A stretch of DNA of 19,240 nt from a bacterium (GTDB lineage Bacteria > Zhuqueibacterota > Zhuqueibacteria > Oceanimicrobiales > Oceanimicrobiaceae): the NCBI GenBank assembly GCA_037446635.1, contig JBBIIG010000073.1, positions 1 to 19,240 on the forward strand, written 5' to 3'. Positions within the stretch are counted from its first letter, which is position 1. Each line of letters opens with the position of its first letter. Shown one piece after another: positions 1-8,937 of this stretch. Position numbers and translations under genes: made by a program. The notes beneath the pieces are model-generated. The model was not told the DNA's origin. It did no database searches and saw nothing but the letters and a program-made list of their open reading frames with translations.

Positions 1-55
1 AAAATGGCCGCTTTTAAAGTGCCCACAGGTGGCCGCTTTTGACCGCCCGCTGACA
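1..55. mobile_element. Terminal inverted repeat (one end) of an IS21-family-like insertion sequence; the element continues beyond the left edge
   Basis: Reverse complement reads TGTCAGCGGGCGGTCAAAAGCGGCCACCTGTGGGCACTTTAAAAGCGGCCATTTT. It has a TG(TCA) terminus and two copies of an 11-bp unit (tggccgctttt at 5-15 and 30-40), the multi-binding-site layout typical of IS21 ends. No transposase in the window. Confidence 0.75.
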
Positions 56-65
56 CATTGGCCCT

Positions 66-99
66 AAAAAAAGAGCCGTCTGCCAGTGTCAGACGGCTC
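66..99 (-). terminator. Rho-independent terminator downstream of tRNA-Arg and the candidate sRNA
   Basis: Perfect 10-bp stem gagccgtctg (73-82) / cagacggctc (90-99), followed on the minus strand by a U7 tract (A run 66-72). Confidence 0.85.
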
Positions 100-133
100 G
101 GAGGAGGAAGGAAACCGTTATGCTTAACTTGCC
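66..133 (-). ncRNA. Candidate small RNA with CU-rich anti-Shine-Dalgarno segment
   Basis: Minus-strand UUUCCUUCCUCCUCC directly before the terminator hairpin, with a promoter-like motif just upstream. The 5' end is estimated. Confidence 0.4.
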
Positions 134-134
134 C

Positions 135-164
135 AATATACGGCAAGGTTAAATTACTGTTTCC
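135..164 (-). promoter_or_regulatory. Putative ECF-sigma (SigW/SigE-like) promoter
   Basis: Minus strand GGAAAC (164-159) - 16 nt - CGTATATT (142-135), matching the SigW-type TGAAAC-N16-CGTA pattern. Confidence 0.45.
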
Positions 165-200
165 CATTCTCCCGTTTTAATTTATTAGACTAAAAATCAG

Positions 201-1151
<951 letters not shown>

Positions 1152-1160
1152 AGTCAATTG

Positions 1161-1958
1161 TTACGGCAAATTGATGCGCTCAATTCGCGTCGCTTTGCCG
1201 GTGTCTTGATCGATGGTGACCGACGCGGCGCAAAGCCGCAGGTTGCCATCCGCGGGCTTATAGCGCTCCGGCGTTTGGTGCAAAAAGCGTTTGATGGCGA
1301 TTTCCTTTTTCAAACCGATCACCGAATCAAACGGGCCCGTCATGCCAACGTCGGTAATATAAGCCGTGCCCTCCGGCAGAATTCTTTCGTCGGCAGTGGG
1401 CACGTGAGTGTGGGTGCCGATCACCGCGCTCACTTTGCCGTCGAGGTACCATCCCATCGCCATTTTTTCAGCGGTGGCCTCCGCGTGAAAATCGACGATG
1501 ATGATGTTGGTGTCTTTCTGCAAGCGGCGCGCCTCGGTTAAACCTCTTTTGAACGGGCAATCGATCGCATACATAAACGTTCGACCCTGCAAATTGATGA
1601 CGCCGATTTTATAACCCGAGGCGGTTTCCACAATGGTTGAGCCGATTCCGAAATTTCCCTCCGGGTAATTGAGCGGCCGCAAAATGCGGTTGTTGCTGGC
1701 CATCAATTCAAAAATATCGCGATTGTCCCAAATATGGTTGCCGCTGGTGATGACATCGATGCCCATGCTGAAATATTGGCGGGCGATGGCTTGCGTCAGG
1801 CCTTTGCCTTCGCAGCCGTTCTCACCGTTGGCGATGCAGAGATCGCTTCTATATTTATCCTTCAAACCCGGCAGCAGCTTGGCGGCGATCTCCAGCCCGG
1901 GCTTGCCAATAATATCAGCGATGAAAAGTACGTTGATCTCGTTATTGCTTTTACTCAA
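1161..1958 (-). CDS. YmdB-like metallophosphoesterase (TIGR00282 family)
   Basis: DIIG, NGEN, TSGNHIWD, DFHAEAT.EK, GTHTHVPTAD and TDVGMTG motifs; conserved position after rny. Confidence 0.93.
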   Translation of the reverse strand: MSKSNNEINVLFIADIIGKPGLEIAAKLLPGLKDKYRSDLCIANGENGCEGKGLTQAIARQYFSMGIDVITSGNHIWDNRDIFELMASNNRILRPLNYPEGNFGIGSTIVETASGYKIGVINLQGRTFMYAIDCPFKRGLTEARRLQKDTNIIIVDFHAEATAEKMAMGWYLDGKVSAVIGTHTHVPTADERILPEGTAYITDVGMTGPFDSVIGLKKEIAIKRFLHQTPERYKPADGNLRLCAASVTIDQDTGKATRIERINLP

Positions 1959-2024
1959 TTCCGCCCGCAGATTAAGAATGTTGGCTGAATTTAAAACCTT
2001 GAACCCACAAAATCAAACAAAAAA

Positions 2025-3587
2025 TTATTTGGCATAATCAATCGCGCGGTATTCGCGGATCACGGTAACTTTAACTTGACCGGGGTAACCAATTTCCTCG
2101 CGAATTTTTTTGGCGATGTCATCCGCCAGGATCTGCGCTTTCACTTCATCCACCACCGCGTATTCCACAATGATGCGAATCTCCCGACCCGCTTGCAGCG
2201 CGTACGCTTTGACGACTCCGGTGAACGACAGGGCAATACTTTCAAGCTTGGCCATGCGTTTCAAATAATTGTCTAACATCTCCTTCTGCGCCCCCGGCCG
2301 CGATACCGAGATGGCGTCGGCCACTTGTACCAAAATACTAATCGGCGAAATGATGTTGACAGTGTGGTTCTGCGACTGGCAGGCAATGGCGTTTTGAACG
2401 ATTTCATTTTCACCGAATTTTTTGGCCAGCTCGACCCCAATTTCGTGGAAAGGCATGTCGCCATATTCTTCCGCAACCTTCCCAATGTCGTGGAGAATAC
2501 CGGCGCGCTTGGCCAACATCACCTCCAGACCCAACTGACTAGCCATGACACCAGCCAATTGCGCCACCTCCTGCGAGTGCTGTAATAAATTTTGGCCGTA
2601 GGAATTTCTGAAATTTTGTTTTCCCAGCAGCCGCGCCAACTCGGAATGAACGCCATGCACGCCAAGTTCATGCAGCGCCTGCTCCCCCAATTCCGTGATG
2701 CGAGTGTTGAGCTCCTCGCGAGTTTTCTCAACCACCTCCTCGATGCGGCCGGGGTGAATTCGTCCGTCGTAAATAAGTTTCTCCAAAGAGAGTTTGGCGA
2801 TTTCCCGGCGCAGCGGATCGAAGCCGGAAAGCACCACCGTCTGCGGCGTGTCGTCGATGAGTACCTCGATGCCCGTTGCGCTTTCGAAGGCACGGATGTT
2901 TCTGCCCTCGCGGCCGATGATGCGGCCCTTCATTTCATCGTCGGGCAGCTTCACCATTGAGACCGTGGTTTCCACAACATGATTGATACTGCACCGCTGC
3001 AGCGCCTGAGTAATGATCTCCCGCGCCTCGCGAACTGCGGTTTGCTTGGCCTGCTCGCGGATTTCGTAGATTTCATGCGCGGCCTCCTGCTTCGCGATTT
3101 CCAGCATGTTCTGCAATTGAATGTTCCTGGCCTCTTCGCTGGTGAGTCCGGATATTTTTTCCAGCCGCTGGTTCTCTTCCTGAATGAGCTGCTCCAGATC
3201 CAGCTCTTTTTTCTTCAATAAGGACTCTTTAGTGAGCAGGCTTTGGCTGAGCTGCGCAACATCTTTTTCCTTCTTATTGAGAATATCGACTTTGCGGTCC
3301 AAATTCAATTCGCGATCCGAAAGCTGCTTTTCCAAACGCTGGACTTCCGCCTGCCTGATTTTGAGCTCCTTTTCCATCTCCTGCTTCATTTGAAAGAGCT
3401 CGTCTTTCACTTCCAACAGTTTCTCTTTTTTGAGGTTTTCGCTTTCGGCTTTGGCGTTCTCAACTATCTGCTGCGCGATTTTGGCGGCCTGGGCAAGCTT
3501 TTTTTGTCCGAAACGCTGCCGCAGCAGCCACCCCAACACAAACCCCAGCCCCGCGGCTAACACCGAGACGATAATCATGGCGATCAC
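2025..3587 (-). CDS. rny: Ribonuclease Y
   Basis: N-terminal TM anchor, long coiled coil, KH domain (KGRIIGREGRNIR), HD domain (LHDIGK), C-terminal QAGREIR and YPGQVKVTVIRE. GGAG SD precedes the GTG. Confidence 0.96.
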   Translation of the reverse strand: MIAMIIVSVLAAGLGFVLGWLLRQRFGQKKLAQAAKIAQQIVENAKAESENLKKEKLLEVKDELFQMKQEMEKELKIRQAEVQRLEKQLSDRELNLDRKVDILNKKEKDVAQLSQSLLTKESLLKKKELDLEQLIQEENQRLEKISGLTSEEARNIQLQNMLEIAKQEAAHEIYEIREQAKQTAVREAREIITQALQRCSINHVVETTVSMVKLPDDEMKGRIIGREGRNIRAFESATGIEVLIDDTPQTVVLSGFDPLRREIAKLSLEKLIYDGRIHPGRIEEVVEKTREELNTRITELGEQALHELGVHGVHSELARLLGKQNFRNSYGQNLLQHSQEVAQLAGVMASQLGLEVMLAKRAGILHDIGKVAEEYGDMPFHEIGVELAKKFGENEIVQNAIACQSQNHTVNIISPISILVQVADAISVSRPGAQKEMLDNYLKRMAKLESIALSFTGVVKAYALQAGREIRIIVEYAVVDEVKAQILADDIAKKIREEIGYPGQVKVTVIREYRAIDYAK

Positions 3588-3720
3588 AATGCGGTTCTCC
3601 TGAATTAAAAAAATGAGACGCCGGTTTAAAAACCGGGATGGTGTGCGGGTGTGTCTGTGAATTGGGGCAGTGTTGGAGATTGTGGAACGCGAGCTAACGG
3701 CAGCGCGATGAGAAAATCAG

Positions 3721-4038
3721 TTATTGATGAACGTCATCATTTTTGCCAAGAATGGTATCCAGGAGCAACTGCAAATCCTTTAACTTGTTCTCCATTTTAG
3801 AAACCATCGAATTCTGCCTTCCTCTTTCCTGAAACAGCTCGTCGGTGATATTGAGCGCTGCAAGAATCGCAACTTTTAAAGAGGATTTCGAATGGGTGTT
3901 TTGATCGATCTCTCTCATCTTTTTGTCAACGTAATCCGCCACCCGTCGGATATAATCGGCGTCGGTCGCGGCGTCGCTTTTAATGGGATATTCCGTGCCG
4001 TAGATGTTGATCTTTAGAATACTGGCATCGTTTTCCAT
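3721..4038 (-). CDS. zapA: Cell division protein ZapA
   Basis: INIYGTEYPI...VADYVDKKMREI...AILAALNITDELF signature; pheT-zapB-zapA-rny synteny. Confidence 0.92.
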   Translation of the reverse strand: MENDASILKINIYGTEYPIKSDAATDADYIRRVADYVDKKMREIDQNTHSKSSLKVAILAALNITDELFQERGRQNSMVSKMENKLKDLQLLLDTILGKNDDVHQ

Positions 4039-4105
4039 TCATCATATCCCAGTTTGCTCTCATTACACAATTATGCTGCCAACTTTGACAACACAACCCG
4101 CACTT

Positions 4106-4402
4106 CTACAAATTATAGCTTAGCTCGTCAAGACGAGCCAACATTTGCTCAACTTTACTTCTAATTCTTTCTTCCTTTTCTTTTCCTAAAGCCGATTCGT
4201 TTTGCTGCTTACGAAGATGCTCGTTTTCCTCCTGAAGCTTTTGAAACAATATTTCCCGCGATTGCGCATCCGAACGCAGTTGCTGGTTCGCCCGCTGCAA
4301 CTCCTGATTTTCGATGCGAAGTTTTTCGATTAAACCAACCGCCTGGTTGATTCTTTCTTCTAGATCATCCAGTTGTTTTAAATCCATTTGCGAATTCTCC
4401 AT
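4106..4402 (-). CDS. ZapB-like coiled-coil protein
   Basis: 98-aa all-helical coiled coil (LDDLEERINQAVGLIEKLRIEN...RSKVEQMLARLD) directly upstream of zapA. Confidence 0.7.
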   Translation of the reverse strand: MENSQMDLKQLDDLEERINQAVGLIEKLRIENQELQRANQQLRSDAQSREILFQKLQEENEHLRKQQNESALGKEKEERIRSKVEQMLARLDELSYNL

Positions 4403-4408
4403 GTTTCA

Positions 4409-6790
4409 TCACTCCCTGAGTCGGGCTGAAAAATGATGCTCTAAGGACGCAACGATTTTTTTGAGCTGCAAATCAATCTCTTCCTCCGTCAGCGTGCGCT
4501 GCGGCGAGAAAAACGTCAAACTGAACGCCAGACTTTTGCGCCCCGCGCCCAATTGCGGGCCGGTGAAAACATCGAACAGGTTCAACTGCTGCAAGAATTC
4601 GCCGCCGTTGCTGCGGATGTCGTTTTCAATCAACGCGGCGTCCACGTTTTCTTGCACTACCACGGCGATGTCGCGGACGATGGGTGGGAACTTCGGAATC
4701 GGCGAATAGAGCCGCCAGCGCGTGATCTTCTCGTGCAGCAATTGAAAGTCGATCTCAAAAAAATAGACCGGCTGCTCCACTTCAAATTCCGCCAGCAACT
4801 CGCTGGTAAACTCCCCCACGATCCCGATGGGCTGGCCGGCAACGGTGATGTTGAGGCTCGTGGGTTTGGAGAAAGGTGAACTCGTCGGCGCCAGCACAAA
4901 TTGCGCGACGCGATTCCGCCGCAGCAGATTTTCGACGACGCCCTTCACATCGAAAATATCCACGGCCGCGGCTTTCTGTTTCCAATTGCTGCTGAACGCG
5001 GCGCCGCTCATCATCCCTGCGATTTTTTTCGATTCCAAGATTTTGCGGCCGTCCAATGCGAACACGTTGCCGATCTCGAACAGCTTGAGATTTTTGTTTT
5101 TGCGGTTGACGTTCCATCTGACGATGTTCACCAACCCCGGCAGCAAACTCGGCCGCAGGGTGGAAAAGTCCGCGCTAATGGGGTTCACCACTTCAACCAG
5201 ACGGTCGGCGTCGGCAAACAACTGCGCATGTTTTTTATTCAACAAGCTGTAAGTTAAAACTTCAGAAAAGCCGGCGGCGGTCAGTTGCTGTTTGAGCGCG
5301 CGCGCAAAACTCTCTTCTAAATTGGCGGGCTGTAATTGATCGATCGCCGCTGCGCTGTCCTCCGGAATATTCTCGAAACCAAAGTGGCGCGCCACTTCTT
5401 CGATCAAATCGGCTTCGCGAGTGACATCCGGACGGAAGGTCGGAACTTCCACTAAAAACCCAGAAATATTTTGTGAAAGAATTTTGAAGCCGAGTTTCGT
5501 CAAGATCGATTTTATTTTTGCCGGCGGCGCCGCCACGCCCAACAGCAGCTCGATGCGCTGCGGACGAAGTTTCAACCGCTTGGGTTTGATGCGATTCGGA
5601 TAAACATCAACGAAGCCCTTTGCCACGCGCCCGCCGCTCAGCTCCGCAATGAGCTGCGCCGCGCGATCCAGCGCATAAACCAGGCCGTTGGGATCGGTTC
5701 CGCGCTCGAAGCGCCGCGACGATTCGGTAGCGATGCCTAAATGCTTGCAAGTGCGGCGGACATTCACCGGATCGAAATAGGCGCTTTCCAACAAAACGTT
5801 GACGGTGGAATTTGAAACTTCCGAATTTACCCCGCCCATGATGCCGCCAATCGCCACCGGGCGCTTGCCGTCGCAAATCATCAAACAGTTGGAATTGAGC
5901 TGGTGGGTTTTGCCGTCGAGGGTGGTGAACTCCTCGCCGTTCTTCGCTTTTTTGACGACGATTTTCCGGCCTTCCAGCACATCGTAATCAAACGCGTGCA
6001 GGGGCTGGCCGGTCTCCATCATCACGTAATTGGTCACATCCACCACGTTGTTGATGGAACGAATGCCGATGGCCTCGAGGCGCTGGCGCAGCCACCACGG
6101 CGACGGCTGGATGGTCACGTTACTGATGAAACGCGCCGTGTAACGTGGGCATTTTTCCGGATTCAAAACTTTGATCTGAATATATTTTGAAATGGGAGTG
6201 CGATCTTCTTTGAGTTTGATTTTCGGCGGCTTGAGCTTCGAGCCGGCCAGCGCCGCCACTTCGCGGGCGATCCCGAGAGCGCCCAAACAATCGGGACGAT
6301 TGGGGGTGACGTCGATGTCGATCACGATATCGCCGGCGCCGATCACGTCGCGCAATTTCGTTCCAAACTTGATCTCGCCGTCCAGCACCATGATGCCCTC
6401 GCCGCGGCTGGAGATGCCTAACTCGGCTTCCGAGCAGATCATGCCCTGAGATTCCACGCCGCGGATGTGAGTCCGCCGGATCACCTGCCCTCCCGGCAAG
6501 GTAGCGCCTTCTGGCGCCACCGGCACTTTCTGGCCCACCTCGACGTTGGGTGCGCCGCAGACAATTTTCAATTTGCGCCGCCCAACGTTGACGCCGCAAA
6601 GCCACAAGTGGTCGGAATCCTGCAGACGCACTTTCTCGATAACTTCGCCCACCACAATCCCGTCAAAATTCCATTCCTGGCGCTGCAGGGAATCCACTTC
6701 CAGCCCCACCATCGTGAGCTGTTTGACTAATTCTTTGGGCGAAAAATCAAAATCCGTGAGAGACTTGAGCCAGTTGTAAGTTACTTTCAT
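4409..6790 (-). CDS. pheT: Phenylalanine--tRNA ligase beta subunit
   Basis: MKVTYNWL, IVCGAPNV, GMICSEAELG, TPNRPDCL, GQPLHAFD, RRFERG, RDIAVVV...KSLAF. Confidence 0.98.
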   Translation of the reverse strand: MKVTYNWLKSLTDFDFSPKELVKQLTMVGLEVDSLQRQEWNFDGIVVGEVIEKVRLQDSDHLWLCGVNVGRRKLKIVCGAPNVEVGQKVPVAPEGATLPGGQVIRRTHIRGVESQGMICSEAELGISSRGEGIMVLDGEIKFGTKLRDVIGAGDIVIDIDVTPNRPDCLGALGIAREVAALAGSKLKPPKIKLKEDRTPISKYIQIKVLNPEKCPRYTARFISNVTIQPSPWWLRQRLEAIGIRSINNVVDVTNYVMMETGQPLHAFDYDVLEGRKIVVKKAKNGEEFTTLDGKTHQLNSNCLMICDGKRPVAIGGIMGGVNSEVSNSTVNVLLESAYFDPVNVRRTCKHLGIATESSRRFERGTDPNGLVYALDRAAQLIAELSGGRVAKGFVDVYPNRIKPKRLKLRPQRIELLLGVAAPPAKIKSILTKLGFKILSQNISGFLVEVPTFRPDVTREADLIEEVARHFGFENIPEDSAAAIDQLQPANLEESFARALKQQLTAAGFSEVLTYSLLNKKHAQLFADADRLVEVVNPISADFSTLRPSLLPGLVNIVRWNVNRKNKNLKLFEIGNVFALDGRKILESKKIAGMMSGAAFSSNWKQKAAAVDIFDVKGVVENLLRRNRVAQFVLAPTSSPFSKPTSLNITVAGQPIGIVGEFTSELLAEFEVEQPVYFFEIDFQLLHEKITRWRLYSPIPKFPPIVRDIAVVVQENVDAALIENDIRSNGGEFLQQLNLFDVFTGPQLGAGRKSLAFSLTFFSPQRTLTEEEIDLQLKKIVASLEHHFSARLRE

Positions 6791-6804
6791 CGAGTCGTCA
6801 AAAA

Positions 6805-7833
6805 TTAAAATTGCATGAGGAATCGCACATCGTTTTCATAAAAATGGCGGATGTCGTCCACCTGGTATTTCATCATCGCGATGCGCTCGACGCCCATCCC
6901 CCAGGCGAAACCGGTGTAGGTTTCGGAGTCGTAGTTTACGTATCCAAAGACCGCGGGGTCAACCATTCCGCAGCCGGAGATTTCGATCCAGCCGCTGTGT
7001 TTGCAAATTCGGCAGCCGGCACCGTCGCAGAAGACGCAGGAAAAATCGTAGTCAGCGCTGGGCTCGGTAAAGGGATAAAAACTGGGTCGGAAGCGCACCC
7101 GCAATTTTTCTCCGAGTAATTTTCTGCCGAACGCGAGCAACGTGCCCTTCATGTGCGCGAACGAAATTGCTTTGTCCACCACCAGCCCCTCTACTTGATG
7201 GAAGATGGGCGAATGAGTGGCGTCCGGAGTGTCTTTGCGGAAACAGCGCCCGGGGGCGATGACCCGAATCGGCGGCTGGCGCTTAAGCATGGTACGAATC
7301 TGCACCGGCGACGTGTGGGTGCGCAGCAGCATACCGTTGGGCAGATAAAAAGTGTCCTGCAAATCGCGGGCAGGGTGATCGGCCGGCACGTTGAGCGCCT
7401 CGAAATTGAAATACTCCGTCTCCACCTCCGGCCCGGTCTCGATGCTGAACCCCATGCTGGTGAAAATGTCTTTCACTTCTTCGAGAATTTGAATCAGGGG
7501 GTTGGTGTAGCCCACTTCCTGCTGCCAGGTTCCGGGCAGCGAGAGATCGATATTGCCGTCGCTTGCCGGCGCGCTCTTGAGTTGATTCGCTAGTTCGTCG
7601 ATGGCGCGCTGAGCTTGATCTTTAAACGTGTTGAGCGCGGCGCCGAGCTGCGGCCGTTCTTCTTCCGTGAGCCCGCCCATAAATTTGAAATAGTTGGCGA
7701 TTTCTCCTTTGCGACCGAGATATTTGACGCGCACCTCTTCCAGGCGATCGGGAGAAGTTACGCCGCTAATTTCATTTTCAAATTGCTGCCGCAGAACCGA
7801 GAGGCTGCTTAGTGTTTCGGACAGATTCGGCAT
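6805..7833 (-). CDS. pheS: Phenylalanine--tRNA ligase alpha subunit
   Basis: HPARDLQDTFY, LLRTHTSPVQIR, FHQVEGL, PFTEPS, GFAWGMGVER. Confidence 0.98.
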   Translation of the reverse strand: MPNLSETLSSLSVLRQQFENEISGVTSPDRLEEVRVKYLGRKGEIANYFKFMGGLTEEERPQLGAALNTFKDQAQRAIDELANQLKSAPASDGNIDLSLPGTWQQEVGYTNPLIQILEEVKDIFTSMGFSIETGPEVETEYFNFEALNVPADHPARDLQDTFYLPNGMLLRTHTSPVQIRTMLKRQPPIRVIAPGRCFRKDTPDATHSPIFHQVEGLVVDKAISFAHMKGTLLAFGRKLLGEKLRVRFRPSFYPFTEPSADYDFSCVFCDGAGCRICKHSGWIEISGCGMVDPAVFGYVNYDSETYTGFAWGMGVERIAMMKYQVDDIRHFYENDVRFLMQF

Positions 7834-7836
7834 CGC

Positions 7837-8187
7837 TCAATTTTTTTGAGCTATTTGAATGAGTTGCTTGATGGCCTCGATATCGTGCACCGCCAGATCG
7901 GCCAGGGTCTTGCGGTCGATTTCAACGTGGTTGCGTTTCAAGCCGCCGATGAACGTCGAATAGGTCATGCCGTGGGCGCGCACCGCCGCGTTGATGCGCG
8001 CAATCCACAAGCGGCGGAAATCTCGTTTGCGCAGCTTGCGGCCAACGTAAGCATATTGCAGCGCCTTATCGACGCTTTCCATGGCGGTGCGCAGCAACTT
8101 GCTGTGCCCACCCCAATAACCGCGGGCCTGCTTTAAAAGTTTTTTTCTGCGACGGTGAGATGGCACCGCATATTTTGAGCGTGGCAT
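7837..8187 (-). CDS. rplT: 50S ribosomal protein L20
   Basis: [33 protein letters not shown]. Confidence 0.98.
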   Translation of the reverse strand: MPRSKYAVPSHRRRKKLLKQARGYWGGHSKLLRTAMESVDKALQYAYVGRKLRKRDFRRLWIARINAAVRAHGMTYSTFIGGLKRNHVEIDRKTLADLAVHDIEAIKQLIQIAQKN

Positions 8188-8202
8188 TTATGTCCTCCGT
8201 TT

Positions 8203-8397
8203 CTAAGCTAAAAGCAATCGTTTGATTCGTCTTTCATCGCTCTTGGCGACGATCGCCGGCGTGCGCAAGTCGCGTTTACGTTTGCGATTCTTTTTGGTTA
8301 AAATATGGCTCTTGCCGGCCTTGTAACGTTTGATGCGGCCGGTTCCGGTAACCTTAAAACGCTTCATCGCGGCGCGGCTGGACCGTAATTTGGGCAT
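8203..8397 (-). CDS. rpmI: 50S ribosomal protein L35
   Basis: 64 aa, basic, KRFKVTGTG...HILTKK..KRKRDLR; lies between infC and rplT. Confidence 0.97.
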   Translation of the reverse strand: MPKLRSSRAAMKRFKVTGTGRIKRYKAGKSHILTKKNRKRKRDLRTPAIVAKSDERRIKRLLLA

Positions 8398-8407
8398 GAT
8401 CTCTCCT

Positions 8408-8920
8408 TTACTTTTTTGCTAAATACATGATCATCATCCGACCCTCCATTTGGGGATCGCGATCGATTTTGGCGACGTCTTCCAATTCCGCGGCCACGCG
8501 CTGCAAAAGGGTTTTTGCAAAATCAAGATGCGCCATCTCACGGCCGCGAAACTGCACGGTGACTTTCACCTTTTGCCCCTTTTCGAGGAATTTGCGCGCG
8601 TTGTTGGTTTTGAAATTAAAATCGTGTTCTTCAATTTTTGGCCGAAAGCGGATTTCCTTTACCTGAACCGAGTGCTGCCGCTTCTTGGTGCTCTTTTCCT
8701 TTTTGCTCTGCTTATACTTGTATTTACCGTAGTCCATAATTTTACACACTGGCGGCGAGGACTCCGGCGAAACTTCTACCAGATCCAAACCCTGGTTGGC
8801 GGCCAACTGAATGGCTTCATTGCGTTTCAGAATACCAACCTGCTCTCCATCTAGGCCAATTACCCGCACCGTCGCGGAGGTAATTTGCTCGTTCACATTC
8901 GGTTCTTTTTTCTTGTTAAT
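8408..8920 (-). CDS. infC: Translation initiation factor IF-3 (non-canonical ATT start)
   Basis: [38 protein letters not shown]. An in-frame ATT at 8920 lies 8 nt after the GAAAGGA SD (8935-8929), 8 codons upstream of the GTG in the ORF track. Confidence 0.95.
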   Translation of the reverse strand: MNKKKEPNVNEQITSATVRVIGLDGEQVGILKRNEAIQLAANQGLDLVEVSPESSPPVCKIMDYGKYKYKQSKKEKSTKKRQHSVQVKEIRFRPKIEEHDFNFKTNNARKFLEKGQKVKVTVQFRGREMAHLDFAKTLLQRVAAELEDVAKIDRDPQMEGRMMIMYLAKK

Positions 8921-8937
8921 TTTATGATTCCTTTCGT

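Noticed and set aside
120..152. Plus-strand 10-aa ORF MLNLPNIRQG preceded by GGAGGAGGAAGG
   Set aside because: No plus-strand promoter is evident, and the terminator and promoter polarity point to the minus strand. The SD-like run is better explained as the complement of the CU tract. Not fully excluded.
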